From contig JAWLHJ010000003.1 of the NCBI GenBank assembly GCA_041690395.1, positions 288,001 through 352,000 of the forward strand: a stretch of DNA of 64,000 bases, given 5' to 3'. The notes beneath the pieces are model-generated. The model had not been told where the DNA came from and made no database searches. It worked only from the letters and a program-made list of their open reading frames with translations. A program made the position numbers and the translations under genes. Below, one piece after another: positions 38,901 through 48,314 of this stretch. The stretch is from Longimicrobiales bacterium (GTDB taxonomy: Bacteria; Gemmatimonadota; Gemmatimonadetes; Longimicrobiales; Gaopeijiaceae). Each line of letters begins with the position of its first letter. Position 1 is the first letter of the stretch.

Positions 38901-39667
38901 GCCGCATTGGTTCCATTGTCGAGCGCGGCCTCCGCAGCCGCCCGGTCCACGAAGGCCCGGACCCGGGGGTCCGGTGATTTCCTGAACTCGTCCGGCGTCC
39001 CGCAGAAGCGCAGGTGTCCGCCGTCGAGCATGGCGACGCGATCACACATCAAGAGCCCGCCCTCCACATCGTGCGTGACGAGCAGCGAGGTGACCTCGAG
39101 CTCGTCGGAGAGACGGGTGATGAGTCGTTCGACCGCGGCCGTGTTCACCGGGTCGAGCCCCGTCGTCGGCTCGTCCCAGAGGAGCACCTTCGGGCGCCCC
39201 ACGATGGCGCGGGCGATGCCGACCCGCTTCCGCATGCCGCCCGACAGCTCGGCGGGGATCTTGGCCATCACCTCGGCCGGATCGAGGTTCACCGTCTCGA
39301 TGGCCGACCAGACCCGCCGCGCTACGTCCAGCTTGGCCGTCCGGGCGAGCTCCTCCTCGGGAATCCCCATGGCCACGTTGTCGTAGACGTTGAGGGAGTC
39401 GAAGAGCGCCGCGTTCTGGAACACGTATCCGACGCGGCGACGCACACGTCCCAGTGCATCGGGGCCGCCGCGATAGACCGAGATCCCGTCGACCTCCACG
39501 TCCCCCCGGTCCGGCACGATGAGCGAGAGCGTGGTCTTGAGGAGCACGCTCTTACCCGTGCCGCTCGGCCCGAAGAGCGCGAACATCTCGCCGGCGTCGA
39601 CCGTCAGGTCGATCCCCTGGAGGACCGGCTGATCGAACGCCTTGTGGATGTTCCGGTAGGTGATCAC
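38897..39667 (-). CDS. mlaF: MlaF-type ABC ATPase
   Basis: GPSGTGKS, FQNAALFDSL, LSGGMRKRVGIARA, DEPTTGLDP, VTHD. Confidence 0.9.
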   Translation of the reverse strand: MITYRNIHKAFDQPVLQGIDLTVDAGEMFALFGPSGTGKSVLLKTTLSLIVPDRGDVEVDGISVYRGGPDALGRVRRRVGYVFQNAALFDSLNVYDNVAMGIPEEELARTAKLDVARRVWSAIETVNLDPAEVMAKIPAELSGGMRKRVGIARAIVGRPKVLLWDEPTTGLDPVNTAAVERLITRLSDELEVTSLLVTHDVEGGLLMCDRVAMLDGGHLRFCGTPDEFRKSPDPRVRAFVDRAAAEAALDNGTNAA

Positions 39668-39677
39668 GTCGGGCCTC

Positions 39678-40463
39678 CTACTGGAGCAGGAGCGGCGGGA
39701 ACATGGCGTCGATGATCAGGAGCGCCAGGATCATGAACATGACGGCCTGCGTCGTCGTGAGCCCCACACCGGCCGCGCCGCCCTTGGTGCGGAGTCCCAT
39801 GTGCACGGACACCAGGGGAATGATCAGGCCGAACACCACCGACTTCGAGAAGCCGTAGAAGAGGTCCCAGGAGTGCCAGAAGAGGCGGGCCCCGTAGAGG
39901 AACGCCTCAGTCCCGAGCCCCGTCGACAGATTCGCGGCCACCATGCCGGCCGCGATTCCAATGACGTCCGCGAACCCCACCAGGAGCGGCATCGTGATGA
40001 CCCCGGCGATGACACGCGGCGCCCCGAGGATGGCCACAGGATCGCGCCCGAGGGCCTCGAAGGCGTCGATCTGCTCGGAGACCACCATGGTTCCGAGCTC
40101 TGCGGTGATCCGCGCGCCGATCCGTCCGACGAGCACGATGGCGGTGAGGAGCGGGCCCAGCTCGAGCACGACGCTCTGCACCACCAGCGTGCCCAGCAGA
40201 TAGGCCGGGGACGTCGAGGCGAGCTGGTAGCCGCCCTGCTGGCTCGTCACGATGCCCGCCAGCGAGGCCGTGACGAACACGATGGGGAGGCTCTGGATCC
40301 CCATGATGTACATCTGCCGGAGCACGTCCTGAGAGCGTACCCGCCCCTGCGCGATCGCCTTCACGATGCCCACGCTCAGGATTCCGAGCGCGCCCGCGTG
40401 GTCGAGCGTGATGACGGACGCACGCCCGAACCCGCTGAGCCAGCGGTGGATGAACGACGGCAC
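39678..40463 (-). CDS. mlaE: MlaE-type ABC permease
   Basis: ELGPLLTA, GRIGARITAELGTMVVSEQIDA, GGAAGVG.TT.AV. Confidence 0.9.
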   Translation of the reverse strand: MPSFIHRWLSGFGRASVITLDHAGALGILSVGIVKAIAQGRVRSQDVLRQMYIMGIQSLPIVFVTASLAGIVTSQQGGYQLASTSPAYLLGTLVVQSVVLELGPLLTAIVLVGRIGARITAELGTMVVSEQIDAFEALGRDPVAILGAPRVIAGVITMPLLVGFADVIGIAAGMVAANLSTGLGTEAFLYGARLFWHSWDLFYGFSKSVVFGLIIPLVSVHMGLRTKGGAAGVGLTTTQAVMFMILALLIIDAMFPPLLLQ

Positions 40464-40669
40464 GGGAAGCGCGCGAGTGGAACGCTTCAAGACAGGATGG
40501 CTCCGAGCGAGTGGGTCCCCGGCTGGTCGTCCCGGGGTGTAGAGCGATGAACCTTCGGAAGAACGCCGGCCAAAATCAACCGGCGGTGGTGTCGGGGAAG
40601 CGCACACGCTACCGTCATCGTGCCGACTCGTCGGCACACCAACCACTGTTGAAACCCGGAGATGTCCAT

Positions 40670-41965
40670 ATGACACGGTCCCTCTCGATGGGCGCGCTCG
40701 GCGCCGTCGTCGCCTTCGGCCTGGCCGCTTCGCCGGCTTCGGCGCAGACCCCCGACTACGCCGCCGAGATCGAGCGGATCGCGGCGCACCCGGCGGTACA
40801 GCGGGCCATGGACATGATCGAATCGACCGACGACCGGACCATGGCCGACCTGCGCGAGCTGACGCAGATCCCCGCGCCCCCGTTCATGGAGACCGAGCGC
40901 GGCCTTCGTTTCCAGGAGCTGCTGCAGGAAGCCGGCGCCGACTCCACGTGGATCGACGAAGAGGGTAACGTCATCGGCCTGCGGCGTGGCAGCGTCGGCG
41001 ACGAGGTGATCGCCATCAGCGGGCACCTCGACACGGTCTTCCCCGAAGGGACGGACCTCACCATCCAGGAAGACGGCGACACCCTGCGCGCTCCCGGCAT
41101 CGCCGACGACACGCGTGGGCTCGCCGCCGTGTTGGCGATCCTGCGGGCGATGAACGAGGCGGACGTCACCACCGAGGACGACGTGTTGTTCATCGGGACG
41201 GTCGGCGAGGAGGGCCTCGGAGACCTTCGGGGAATGAAGCACCTGTTCCGCGAGGGCGGGCCACGCATCGACGCCTTCATCTCGATCGACGGGACGAGCC
41301 ACGAGCGCGTGACGCACCAGGCGCTCGGATCGTACCGGTACCGGGTGACGATCCATGGACCCGGCGGACACTCGTGGGGAGCGTTCGGCCTGGCCAATCC
41401 GCAGCACGCGCTCGGCCACGCCATTGCCCACTTCGATGTGGCGGCCGACGCGATCACCCGCATGGGGCCGCGCACCAGCTACAACGTGGGCCGCATCGGC
41501 GGGGGCACCTCGGTCAACTCGATCCCCTTCGAGGCCTGGATGGAGGTCGACATGCGCTCGGAGAGCCCGGAGAGCCTCGACCGAATCGACGCCGCCTTCC
41601 GTAGGGCCATGGAGCGGGCCGTCGACGAGGCCAACGCCACGCGTCGCGAGGGTGAGCCGCTCAGGTTGGAGCTCGACAAGATCGGCGAGCGGCCGTCGGG
41701 CGAGATCCCGGCGAGCGATCCGTTCGTGCAGCGCGCCGTCGCGGTTACGCGCCACCTCGGCATCGAGCCGAGCCTCGGACGCAGCTCCACCGACTCGAAC
41801 ATCCCGATCTCCATGGGCATTCCTTCGTTCACGCTCGGCGGGGGCGGCATCGGCGGCAACGCGCACTCGCTCGACGAGTGGTTCGTGAACGAGAACGGCC
41901 CACTCGGCATCCAGAGGGCGATGCTCATCGTGGTGGCGCAGGCGGGGATTCCCGGCACGAGCTGA
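40670..41965 (+). CDS. M20/M25/M40 family metallo-hydrolase, exported
   Basis: GHLDTVFP, PGIADD, VGEEGLG, GPGGHS, SSTDSN, AHSLDEW; signal peptide ending ASAQ. Confidence 0.88.
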   Translation: MTRSLSMGALGAVVAFGLAASPASAQTPDYAAEIERIAAHPAVQRAMDMIESTDDRTMADLRELTQIPAPPFMETERGLRFQELLQEAGADSTWIDEEGNVIGLRRGSVGDEVIAISGHLDTVFPEGTDLTIQEDGDTLRAPGIADDTRGLAAVLAILRAMNEADVTTEDDVLFIGTVGEEGLGDLRGMKHLFREGGPRIDAFISIDGTSHERVTHQALGSYRYRVTIHGPGGHSWGAFGLANPQHALGHAIAHFDVAADAITRMGPRTSYNVGRIGGGTSVNSIPFEAWMEVDMRSESPESLDRIDAAFRRAMERAVDEANATRREGEPLRLELDKIGERPSGEIPASDPFVQRAVAVTRHLGIEPSLGRSSTDSNIPISMGIPSFTLGGGGIGGNAHSLDEWFVNENGPLGIQRAMLIVVAQAGIPGTS

Positions 41966-42058
41966 GGCCCCGGGGGCGGCGGCCCAGACGCTGCACGCCG
42001 CCGTCCCCGACCTCGCAGCCGACACACTTCGACACTCAGAGCGGGACGTTCAGGATTC

Positions 42059-42817
42059 ATGGCGGAAAGCGAGAGGTTGGACGGCAAGGTGGCGGTGGTC
42101 ACGGGCGCTTCGGCGGGCATCGGGGAGGCCACGGCGCTCGCCCTGGCCGAAGCGGGCGCCTCGGTGGTGCTGACCGCGCGGCGAGAGGATCGGCTGGAGG
42201 CCCTCGCGAAGCGTATCCGCGACGCGGGCGGCAAGGCCCTCGTCCACGCGGCCGACGTGGCCTCCCTGGACGATGTGCGCGCGCTCACCGACGCCGCGCT
42301 CTCCGGGTTCGGTCGTATCGACATCCTCGTGAACAACGCAGGGTTGATGCCGCTGTCGCCCCTGGCCGAGGTCCGCATCGAGGACTGGACCCGGATGGTG
42401 GACGTGAACGTGAAGGGCGTCCTCCACTGCATCGCGACCATGCTGCCGGGGATGATCGAGCGCGGCTCGGGACACGTCGTCAACGTGGGATCGCTGGCGG
42501 GCCGTCGCCCGTTTCCGGGCGGTTCCGTCTATTCGGCGACGAAGTTCGCCGTGCGCTCGCTGTCGTGGGGGATGCACCTCGAACTCGGCGCCGCGCACGG
42601 AATCAAGGTGACCGACATCCAGCCGGGCTTCGTCTCGACGGAGCTCATGGACACGGTGCCGGACCCGGAGCTCAAGGAGCGCTGGGACGAGGCGTGGAAG
42701 GGTCGGCGGACGCTGCAGCCCGAAGACGTCGCGCGATCCGTCATGTTCGCCGTAACTTCGCCGGATCACGTTTCGGTGAGCGAGGTGCTGGTGCGCCCGC
42801 TCGATCAGGCGACCTGA
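42059..42817 (+). CDS. SDR oxidoreductase (YdfG-like)
   Basis: TGASAGIG, NNAG, YSATK. Confidence 0.93.
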   Translation: MAESERLDGKVAVVTGASAGIGEATALALAEAGASVVLTARREDRLEALAKRIRDAGGKALVHAADVASLDDVRALTDAALSGFGRIDILVNNAGLMPLSPLAEVRIEDWTRMVDVNVKGVLHCIATMLPGMIERGSGHVVNVGSLAGRRPFPGGSVYSATKFAVRSLSWGMHLELGAAHGIKVTDIQPGFVSTELMDTVPDPELKERWDEAWKGRRTLQPEDVARSVMFAVTSPDHVSVSEVLVRPLDQAT

Positions 42818-42870
42818 CTCTTCGGGTCCGGCCGGCCCCGAACCACATCACGACCGGAGTTGGAAGAACG

Positions 42871-44925
42871 ATGGACCGGACCCCTCCCGCTCGACGCCTG
42901 GCTCTCTCGACGCTCGCGGCGCTGACGCTCCTCCTAGCGCCCGCTCTTTCCCGGGACGCACAGGCCCAGGAGCGGCCGGTCCGCCTCACCGCGGAGCCCG
43001 CGCGCGTCCAACTCGTGGTCGGCGAGGATGCGTCCCTCACGGTGACCGCCGTGGGCCCGGACGGGGAGCCGGTGGACGTGGCCGTCCGCTTCGCCGCGCC
43101 CCGCAGGGCGCTGCAGGTCCGCGACGGAAGGGTACGCGGCCTGGCCGTCGGGAGCTGGGAGGTCGTGGCGACCGCGGCCGTCGCGCCCGACGCCGACGGC
43201 GAGGTGCCGACCGTGACCGTGCCCGTCGTGGTGGATTGGCCCGCCGTGACGCGCGTGACCGTCGAAGGGGAAGGCCCGCAGCTCTACACGGGGACCACGC
43301 TCGAGCACCGGGCGGCGGCCTTCCACGCGGACGGGACGCGCCGGCCCGAGGCCGACGTGGCCTGGAGCGTGTCGGACCCCCGGGTCGCGACGGTCGACAG
43401 GTTCGGATCGGTGACGGCGCTCCAGGAAGGATCCGTGACCGTGACCGCCACGGTCCAGGGCGTCAGCGAGGACGTGGCGTATCGGGTGCTCCCCTTCCCG
43501 GCCGTCGAGCTCGAGCTCGACGGCGGCGCGGCCGAAGCCCGCACCGGAGACGTGCTCCGGTTCTCCGCGCGCGGCGTAGCAGCGGACGGCGGGAACGTCG
43601 ACGCTCTGCCCGTCACCTGGGCGTACACGTTCCAGCCCGACGACTCGATCCAGGCCCCGGGGGCGGCCGCGATCATCGACGACGGTGCGTTCGTCGCGGA
43701 GGTACCGGGCCGTTATACGGTGTTGGCCATGTCCGGCCCGCTGTCGACGCGGGCCGCGGTGCGGGTCACGCCACGCGAGGTCGTGCGCAGGGTGGAGTTT
43801 CAGGGTCAGGGACGGGTGTCCGACGTCCACACGTCGGACCTCTGGGTGTACGAGGGCGTCGATGGGCGCGACTACGCCGTGACCGGCACCTGGGGCGCCG
43901 ACGGCTGGGCGTACTTCTGGGATGTGACCGACCCGACCAACCCCGTCAGGACGGACTCCATCCAGGTGGACGCCCGGACCGTCAACGACGTGAAGGTGTC
44001 CCCCGACGGGCGCTACGCCGCCCTGTCCCGCGAGGGCGCGTCGAGCCGCAGGAACGGGGTCGTCATTCTCGACCTCACCGACCCGGCGCACCCCAGCATC
44101 GCGTCGACCTTCGACGGGAACGGGGTGACGGGGGGCGTGCACAACATGTTCGCCACCAACGATCACCTGTTCGCGCTGGCCGGTGGCGACAAGTACGTCA
44201 TTCTGGACGTCACCGACATCCGGAATCCGCGGTTCGTGAGCGAGTACAACCACCCGGACAGCCGCATCCACGACGTCTGGGTCCACGACGGCATCGCCTA
44301 TTCGTCGGAGTGGGAGAACGGCGTGGTCGTGGTCGACGTCGGCAACGGACGGTGGGGCGGGACCATCGAGAACCCGGTCTTCGTGACCAACGTCCCCTAC
44401 CCCGTCGGGCGCACGCACGCCGCGTTCCCGTACGTGCAGGAATCGACCGGCAAGGTCTACCTCTTCCTGGGCGACGAGATCCTCACGCGAGAAGGCGCCG
44501 CCTTCGAGGGCTTCGGCGGGGACGCCGCGTACGACGCGGCGACCGGCACCGGGGGCGTCCAGTCTCCGTCGAGCGGATACGTCCACATCATCGACTTCAC
44601 CGATCCCGAGAATCCGAAGGACGTGGCGCGTTACGAGATCCCCGAGGCCGGGACGCACAACATGTGGATCGAGGACGACGTCCTGTACCAGGCCTACTAC
44701 GAAGGCGGCCTGCGGCTCGTGGACATCTCCGGCGAGCTGATGGGCAACCTCGCGACCCAGGGGCGTGAGATCGCGGTCTTCAAGCCGTTCGACCCTCAGG
44801 GCTTCATGGCGAACCAGCCCAACGTCTGGGGCGCGCAGCCGCACAAGGGACACGTCTTCTTCAGCGACTTCAACTCGGGGCTCTGGTCGGTCCGGGTCCA
44901 GCCGCCCTCGCGCCCGATCTCCTGA
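42871..44925 (+). CDS. exported Ig-like (Big_2) + LVIVD-repeat beta-propeller protein
   Basis: Signal peptide ending AQAQ; WSVSDPRVATVD..GSVTA Ig-like domain; repeats VILDLTDP, VILDVTD, IIDFTDP, LRLVDIS. Confidence 0.8.
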   Translation: MDRTPPARRLALSTLAALTLLLAPALSRDAQAQERPVRLTAEPARVQLVVGEDASLTVTAVGPDGEPVDVAVRFAAPRRALQVRDGRVRGLAVGSWEVVATAAVAPDADGEVPTVTVPVVVDWPAVTRVTVEGEGPQLYTGTTLEHRAAAFHADGTRRPEADVAWSVSDPRVATVDRFGSVTALQEGSVTVTATVQGVSEDVAYRVLPFPAVELELDGGAAEARTGDVLRFSARGVAADGGNVDALPVTWAYTFQPDDSIQAPGAAAIIDDGAFVAEVPGRYTVLAMSGPLSTRAAVRVTPREVVRRVEFQGQGRVSDVHTSDLWVYEGVDGRDYAVTGTWGADGWAYFWDVTDPTNPVRTDSIQVDARTVNDVKVSPDGRYAALSREGASSRRNGVVILDLTDPAHPSIASTFDGNGVTGGVHNMFATNDHLFALAGGDKYVILDVTDIRNPRFVSEYNHPDSRIHDVWVHDGIAYSSEWENGVVVVDVGNGRWGGTIENPVFVTNVPYPVGRTHAAFPYVQESTGKVYLFLGDEILTREGAAFEGFGGDAAYDAATGTGGVQSPSSGYVHIIDFTDPENPKDVARYEIPEAGTHNMWIEDDVLYQAYYEGGLRLVDISGELMGNLATQGREIAVFKPFDPQGFMANQPNVWGAQPHKGHVFFSDFNSGLWSVRVQPPSRPIS

Positions 44926-44968
44926 TTCACACCGCGGCGGTGGCCCGGCGCGCCGTCGGCCCCGCCCG

Positions 44969-46186
44969 TCAGGGCGTGGCGGGCTCCATCTTCCAGAACG
45001 CGATCCCGCCGGCCTGCTGGCCGACCTCGGCCGAGCCGATGCGCTCGAGGGAGCGCAGATCGAAGACGTCGACCTTCCCCGGCTCGGCGCCCTTCCCCTC
45101 GACGCTGATGAAGGCGTACCGGGAGTCGGGGGTGACGGCCACACCGTGCGTCACCGTCGTCGACGACGGAAGCACCGCGAGGCTCTCACCGGTCGTGAGG
45201 TCGAAGAACTGGACCTGGCCGGCCGTCTTGAGCGACGCAACAAGGATCCGGCCGTCCGGCGTGACGTCCAGATTGTAGGGCCCGGCCCCCGTGGGGAGCT
45301 TGCGCTCCAGCGTCCAGGACGCCCGGTCGACGACGAGGATCTCGTTGCTCCGGTTACAGGCCACGTAGACCCGGTCACCGTCCGGTGACGGCTCCGCCCA
45401 GGTGGGCGAGCAGGTCGGCGCCGTCGCTTCGTGCTCGTGGTGCATGCCCTCCATCCCTCCCATGGCGCCCTCGGCGGGCGCGGCGCGCATGCCACGGGCA
45501 CCCGTCATGATCTCCGGCTCGGCGTAGTGGGCGATGGGAGCTTCGGCGCCCGAGGCGACCGAGAAGCGCCGGGAGACCTCGAAGGTGCGCGTGTCGATCT
45601 CGACGAGCTGGTCGTCCATCATGCACATCGAATACGCGAACAGGCCATCGGGAGATAGCCGCATGCCGTGGGGCATGGTGCAGGTGGGAATCTGATCGAC
45701 CTCGACCATGTTGGGCGTGTAGACCACCGACACGGTCGACGGGACGTGCTCCCCGTGCAGGTTGAAGTTCACCACGAACGCGTAGAGACCGTCCGGCGTG
45801 ACGTCGAGCGTGGCGGGAAAGTTGCCGAGAAGGACGGGGGCGGCGACCAGCGTATCCGCGCCCGTGTCGAGCTTCCACAGCTTCCCGTCGGGGACGCCGT
45901 GCGCCGTGGTCATGTACAGGTGGCGGCCGTCCGGCGAGATCGCCAGGCCGTGCGGGCCCTCGGTCTCGACCGGGGTCTCCCCGACGGGCGTCGTGCGCTC
46001 CACCGTCACGCCGTCGGGCCCGAGCCGGACCACGTGGATCAGGTCCGCCGACTCGGCGCCGACGTAGACGTAGTAGGCCTGGTCCGTGGCCGTCGGGCTC
46101 GGAGCCGGCCCGCCCGACGGAGTCGCGGCCCCGGCACAGGCGCCGAGGAGCGGGGCGAGAGCCAGGCAGAAGAGGCGCTTGAACAT
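44969..46186 (-). CDS. YncE/YVTN-type beta-propeller lipoprotein
   Basis: LLGAC lipobox; repeats GPHGLAISPDG, MPHGMRLSPDG, GPYNLDVTPDG, THGVAVTPD. Confidence 0.82.
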   Translation of the reverse strand: MFKRLFCLALAPLLGACAGAATPSGGPAPSPTATDQAYYVYVGAESADLIHVVRLGPDGVTVERTTPVGETPVETEGPHGLAISPDGRHLYMTTAHGVPDGKLWKLDTGADTLVAAPVLLGNFPATLDVTPDGLYAFVVNFNLHGEHVPSTVSVVYTPNMVEVDQIPTCTMPHGMRLSPDGLFAYSMCMMDDQLVEIDTRTFEVSRRFSVASGAEAPIAHYAEPEIMTGARGMRAAPAEGAMGGMEGMHHEHEATAPTCSPTWAEPSPDGDRVYVACNRSNEILVVDRASWTLERKLPTGAGPYNLDVTPDGRILVASLKTAGQVQFFDLTTGESLAVLPSSTTVTHGVAVTPDSRYAFISVEGKGAEPGKVDVFDLRSLERIGSAEVGQQAGGIAFWKMEPATP

Positions 46187-46370
46187 CGATCTGATCCGGG
46201 AGTTTCGGCGCTCGGGCGGCTTCCTTCACCGGAGGCGCGCGAGCGTGCGCGAGTCGGGGGCCCGAAGTCGAGCCGGAACGTCAAGTTCGTGACTCGGGCG
46301 GTCGCTCGCCAGACCCGGAGTCGCCGGGGCGGGCCACCGCGTCCATCCCTCTCCCGGAGACCTGGCGGCT

Positions 46371-47084
46371 CTACTTCCTGCGCTCGTCGGAGTCCACCAG
46401 GCCGTCGACCATACGCACGATCCGGTCGCAGCGACCGGCGATCGCCTCGTCGTGCGTCACGATGAGGAAACCGGTCCCGTGGTCCTCGTTCACCCGGCGG
46501 AGGAGGTCGAAGACGCGGTCCCCTGACTCGGTGTCCAGGTTGCCGGTCGGCTCATCGGCGAGGACCAGCGCCGGCCTCATGACGAGGGCCCTCGCGACGG
46601 CGATACGCTGCTGCTGCCCACCGGAGAGATCCGTCACCTTATATCGGGCCCGGTCCGACAGATCGACCTGTTCCAGTAACTCGAGCGCCCGCTCGCGCAT
46701 CCAACCCTCCGGCCTACCGTGCCGTGACAGCAGCGGCATCATGACGTTCTCCACCGCGGTGAACGCCATCAGCAGGTGGTGGAACTGGAAGATGAAGCCC
46801 AGCGACTCGGCCCTCATCGTGGTTCGGCCGGCGTCGTCGAGCGGCCCGGTGTCCCGGCCCTCGAGCAGGACCCGACCCGTGGTCGGCCGGTCCAGCAGCC
46901 CGAGGATGTTCAGGAGGGTGGTCTTGCCGCACCCGGAGGGCCCGGTCAGGGCGCAGAACGCACCTCCTTCCAACTCCAGATCGATACCCTTGAGGGCTTC
47001 CGTCACCACGCGCGTGCCGTAGGTCTTGCGGACGCCCTCGGCCACGAGGAGCGGTGCGGCCGCGACCGTCGCCGGCTCACCCAT
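46371..47084 (-). CDS. ABC ATPase (LolD/MacB-type)
   Basis: GPSGCGKTT, FIFQFHHLL, LSGGQQQR, ADEPTGNLD. Confidence 0.92.
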   Translation of the reverse strand: MGEPATVAAAPLLVAEGVRKTYGTRVVTEALKGIDLELEGGAFCALTGPSGCGKTTLLNILGLLDRPTTGRVLLEGRDTGPLDDAGRTTMRAESLGFIFQFHHLLMAFTAVENVMMPLLSRHGRPEGWMRERALELLEQVDLSDRARYKVTDLSGGQQQRIAVARALVMRPALVLADEPTGNLDTESGDRVFDLLRRVNEDHGTGFLIVTHDEAIAGRCDRIVRMVDGLVDSDERRK

Positions 47085-48306
47085 CGCGGATGACGGTCGC
47101 CGGATCCATGCGGGCGGCACTCCGGGCGGGAACGAGCGACGCCACCACCCCGACCCCCAACGCCACGCCGGCCGAGCGGAGGAAGAGCCATCCCGTCAGG
47201 TTGACGGGGAAGGTCGCCGAGCCGTCTGCGTTTCGCGCGACACCCTGGAAGAGCCAGGAGAGCACGGAGCCCAGGCCGATGCCCAACAGCGAGCCCACGA
47301 GCCCGAGGATGGCGCCCTGAAGAACGAAGACCAGCGTGACCGAGGAAGCCCGGGTGCCCGTCGCTCTCAGAATGCCGATCTCCCTGGACCGTTGTACGAC
47401 GGACACGGTCAGGACGCTCGCGATGCCGAGCGCCACGGCGATCACGACGAAAACCTGGATCATGACGCTGGACAGGCTCTGTGAGCGAAGACCGACCAGG
47501 AGATCCTCGTTACGGGCGATCCAGCTCTCCGTGTCGGTCCCGGTGCGCTCCGCGATCCGCGTCGCGAGCGCATCGGCCTCGAAAACGTCCCGGTTGCGAA
47601 TCTCCAGCGACGACACGCCACCCTCGAGGTCGAAGAGGTTCTGGGCACTCGGCAGGGACACAAGGACGAGGCGCTCGTTCAGGTCCGTGCTTCCGTAGTC
47701 GGACACACCCGCGACCGTGAAGACCCCGCCACGGTCTCCCGCCACCTGCAGCCGCACCCTGCCACCCACGCCCACCCCGAGTGACTCCGCGAGGCCCGTG
47801 CCGACCACCGCCCGGAATCCGTCCAGCGACAGCGCGCCTTCCACCAGCCGCTCCTCGACGTCGACGATGGCGAGGTACGACGAGGGCTCGATCCCCCGAA
47901 TGGAGACGGACACGGAGCCGAGGCCCCGCACCGCGATACCCGGTCCGTCCACGGTTGGCGCCACCGCCGTCACACCCGGCAACCGCTCGATGGAAGCCCC
48001 GATCGCCTGCCACTCCGCGATGGAGCGGACCCGCTGAGCAGGGCGTTCGACCTCCACGATCTCGATCGTTCCGGTACCTCCCCCTTCCTCCCGGGCGAGC
48101 ACCCGCGGCATCTCCTCGGGAGGACGAACCGAGACGAGGGCCTGACTGCCCAGCGTGCGATCGATCAGGCTGTCCTGCAGGCCCGTGATGAGCGCGGACA
48201 GGAAGATGATGACCCCGACTCCGACCCCGATCCCCGTCAGGATCAGAAGCGTCTGAAGGCGGCCGTCCCTCAGATAGCGGAGCGCGACGAAGAGCTCGAA
48301 CGGCAT
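47077..48306 (-). CDS. FtsX-like ABC permease (LolC/E, MacB family)
   Basis: FVALRYLR, large periplasmic loop, REIGILRATG, PARSAARMDP. Confidence 0.9.
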   Translation of the reverse strand: MPFELFVALRYLRDGRLQTLLILTGIGVGVGVIIFLSALITGLQDSLIDRTLGSQALVSVRPPEEMPRVLAREEGGGTGTIEIVEVERPAQRVRSIAEWQAIGASIERLPGVTAVAPTVDGPGIAVRGLGSVSVSIRGIEPSSYLAIVDVEERLVEGALSLDGFRAVVGTGLAESLGVGVGGRVRLQVAGDRGGVFTVAGVSDYGSTDLNERLVLVSLPSAQNLFDLEGGVSSLEIRNRDVFEADALATRIAERTGTDTESWIARNEDLLVGLRSQSLSSVMIQVFVVIAVALGIASVLTVSVVQRSREIGILRATGTRASSVTLVFVLQGAILGLVGSLLGIGLGSVLSWLFQGVARNADGSATFPVNLTGWLFLRSAGVALGVGVVASLVPARSAARMDPATVIRDG

Positions 48307-48314
48307 GGGCGGCG

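Noticed and set aside
41878..42870. 1015 aa version of the LVIVD ORF
   Set aside because: The N-terminal third overlaps the SDR gene in another frame. The real start is ATG 42871, followed by a signal peptide.
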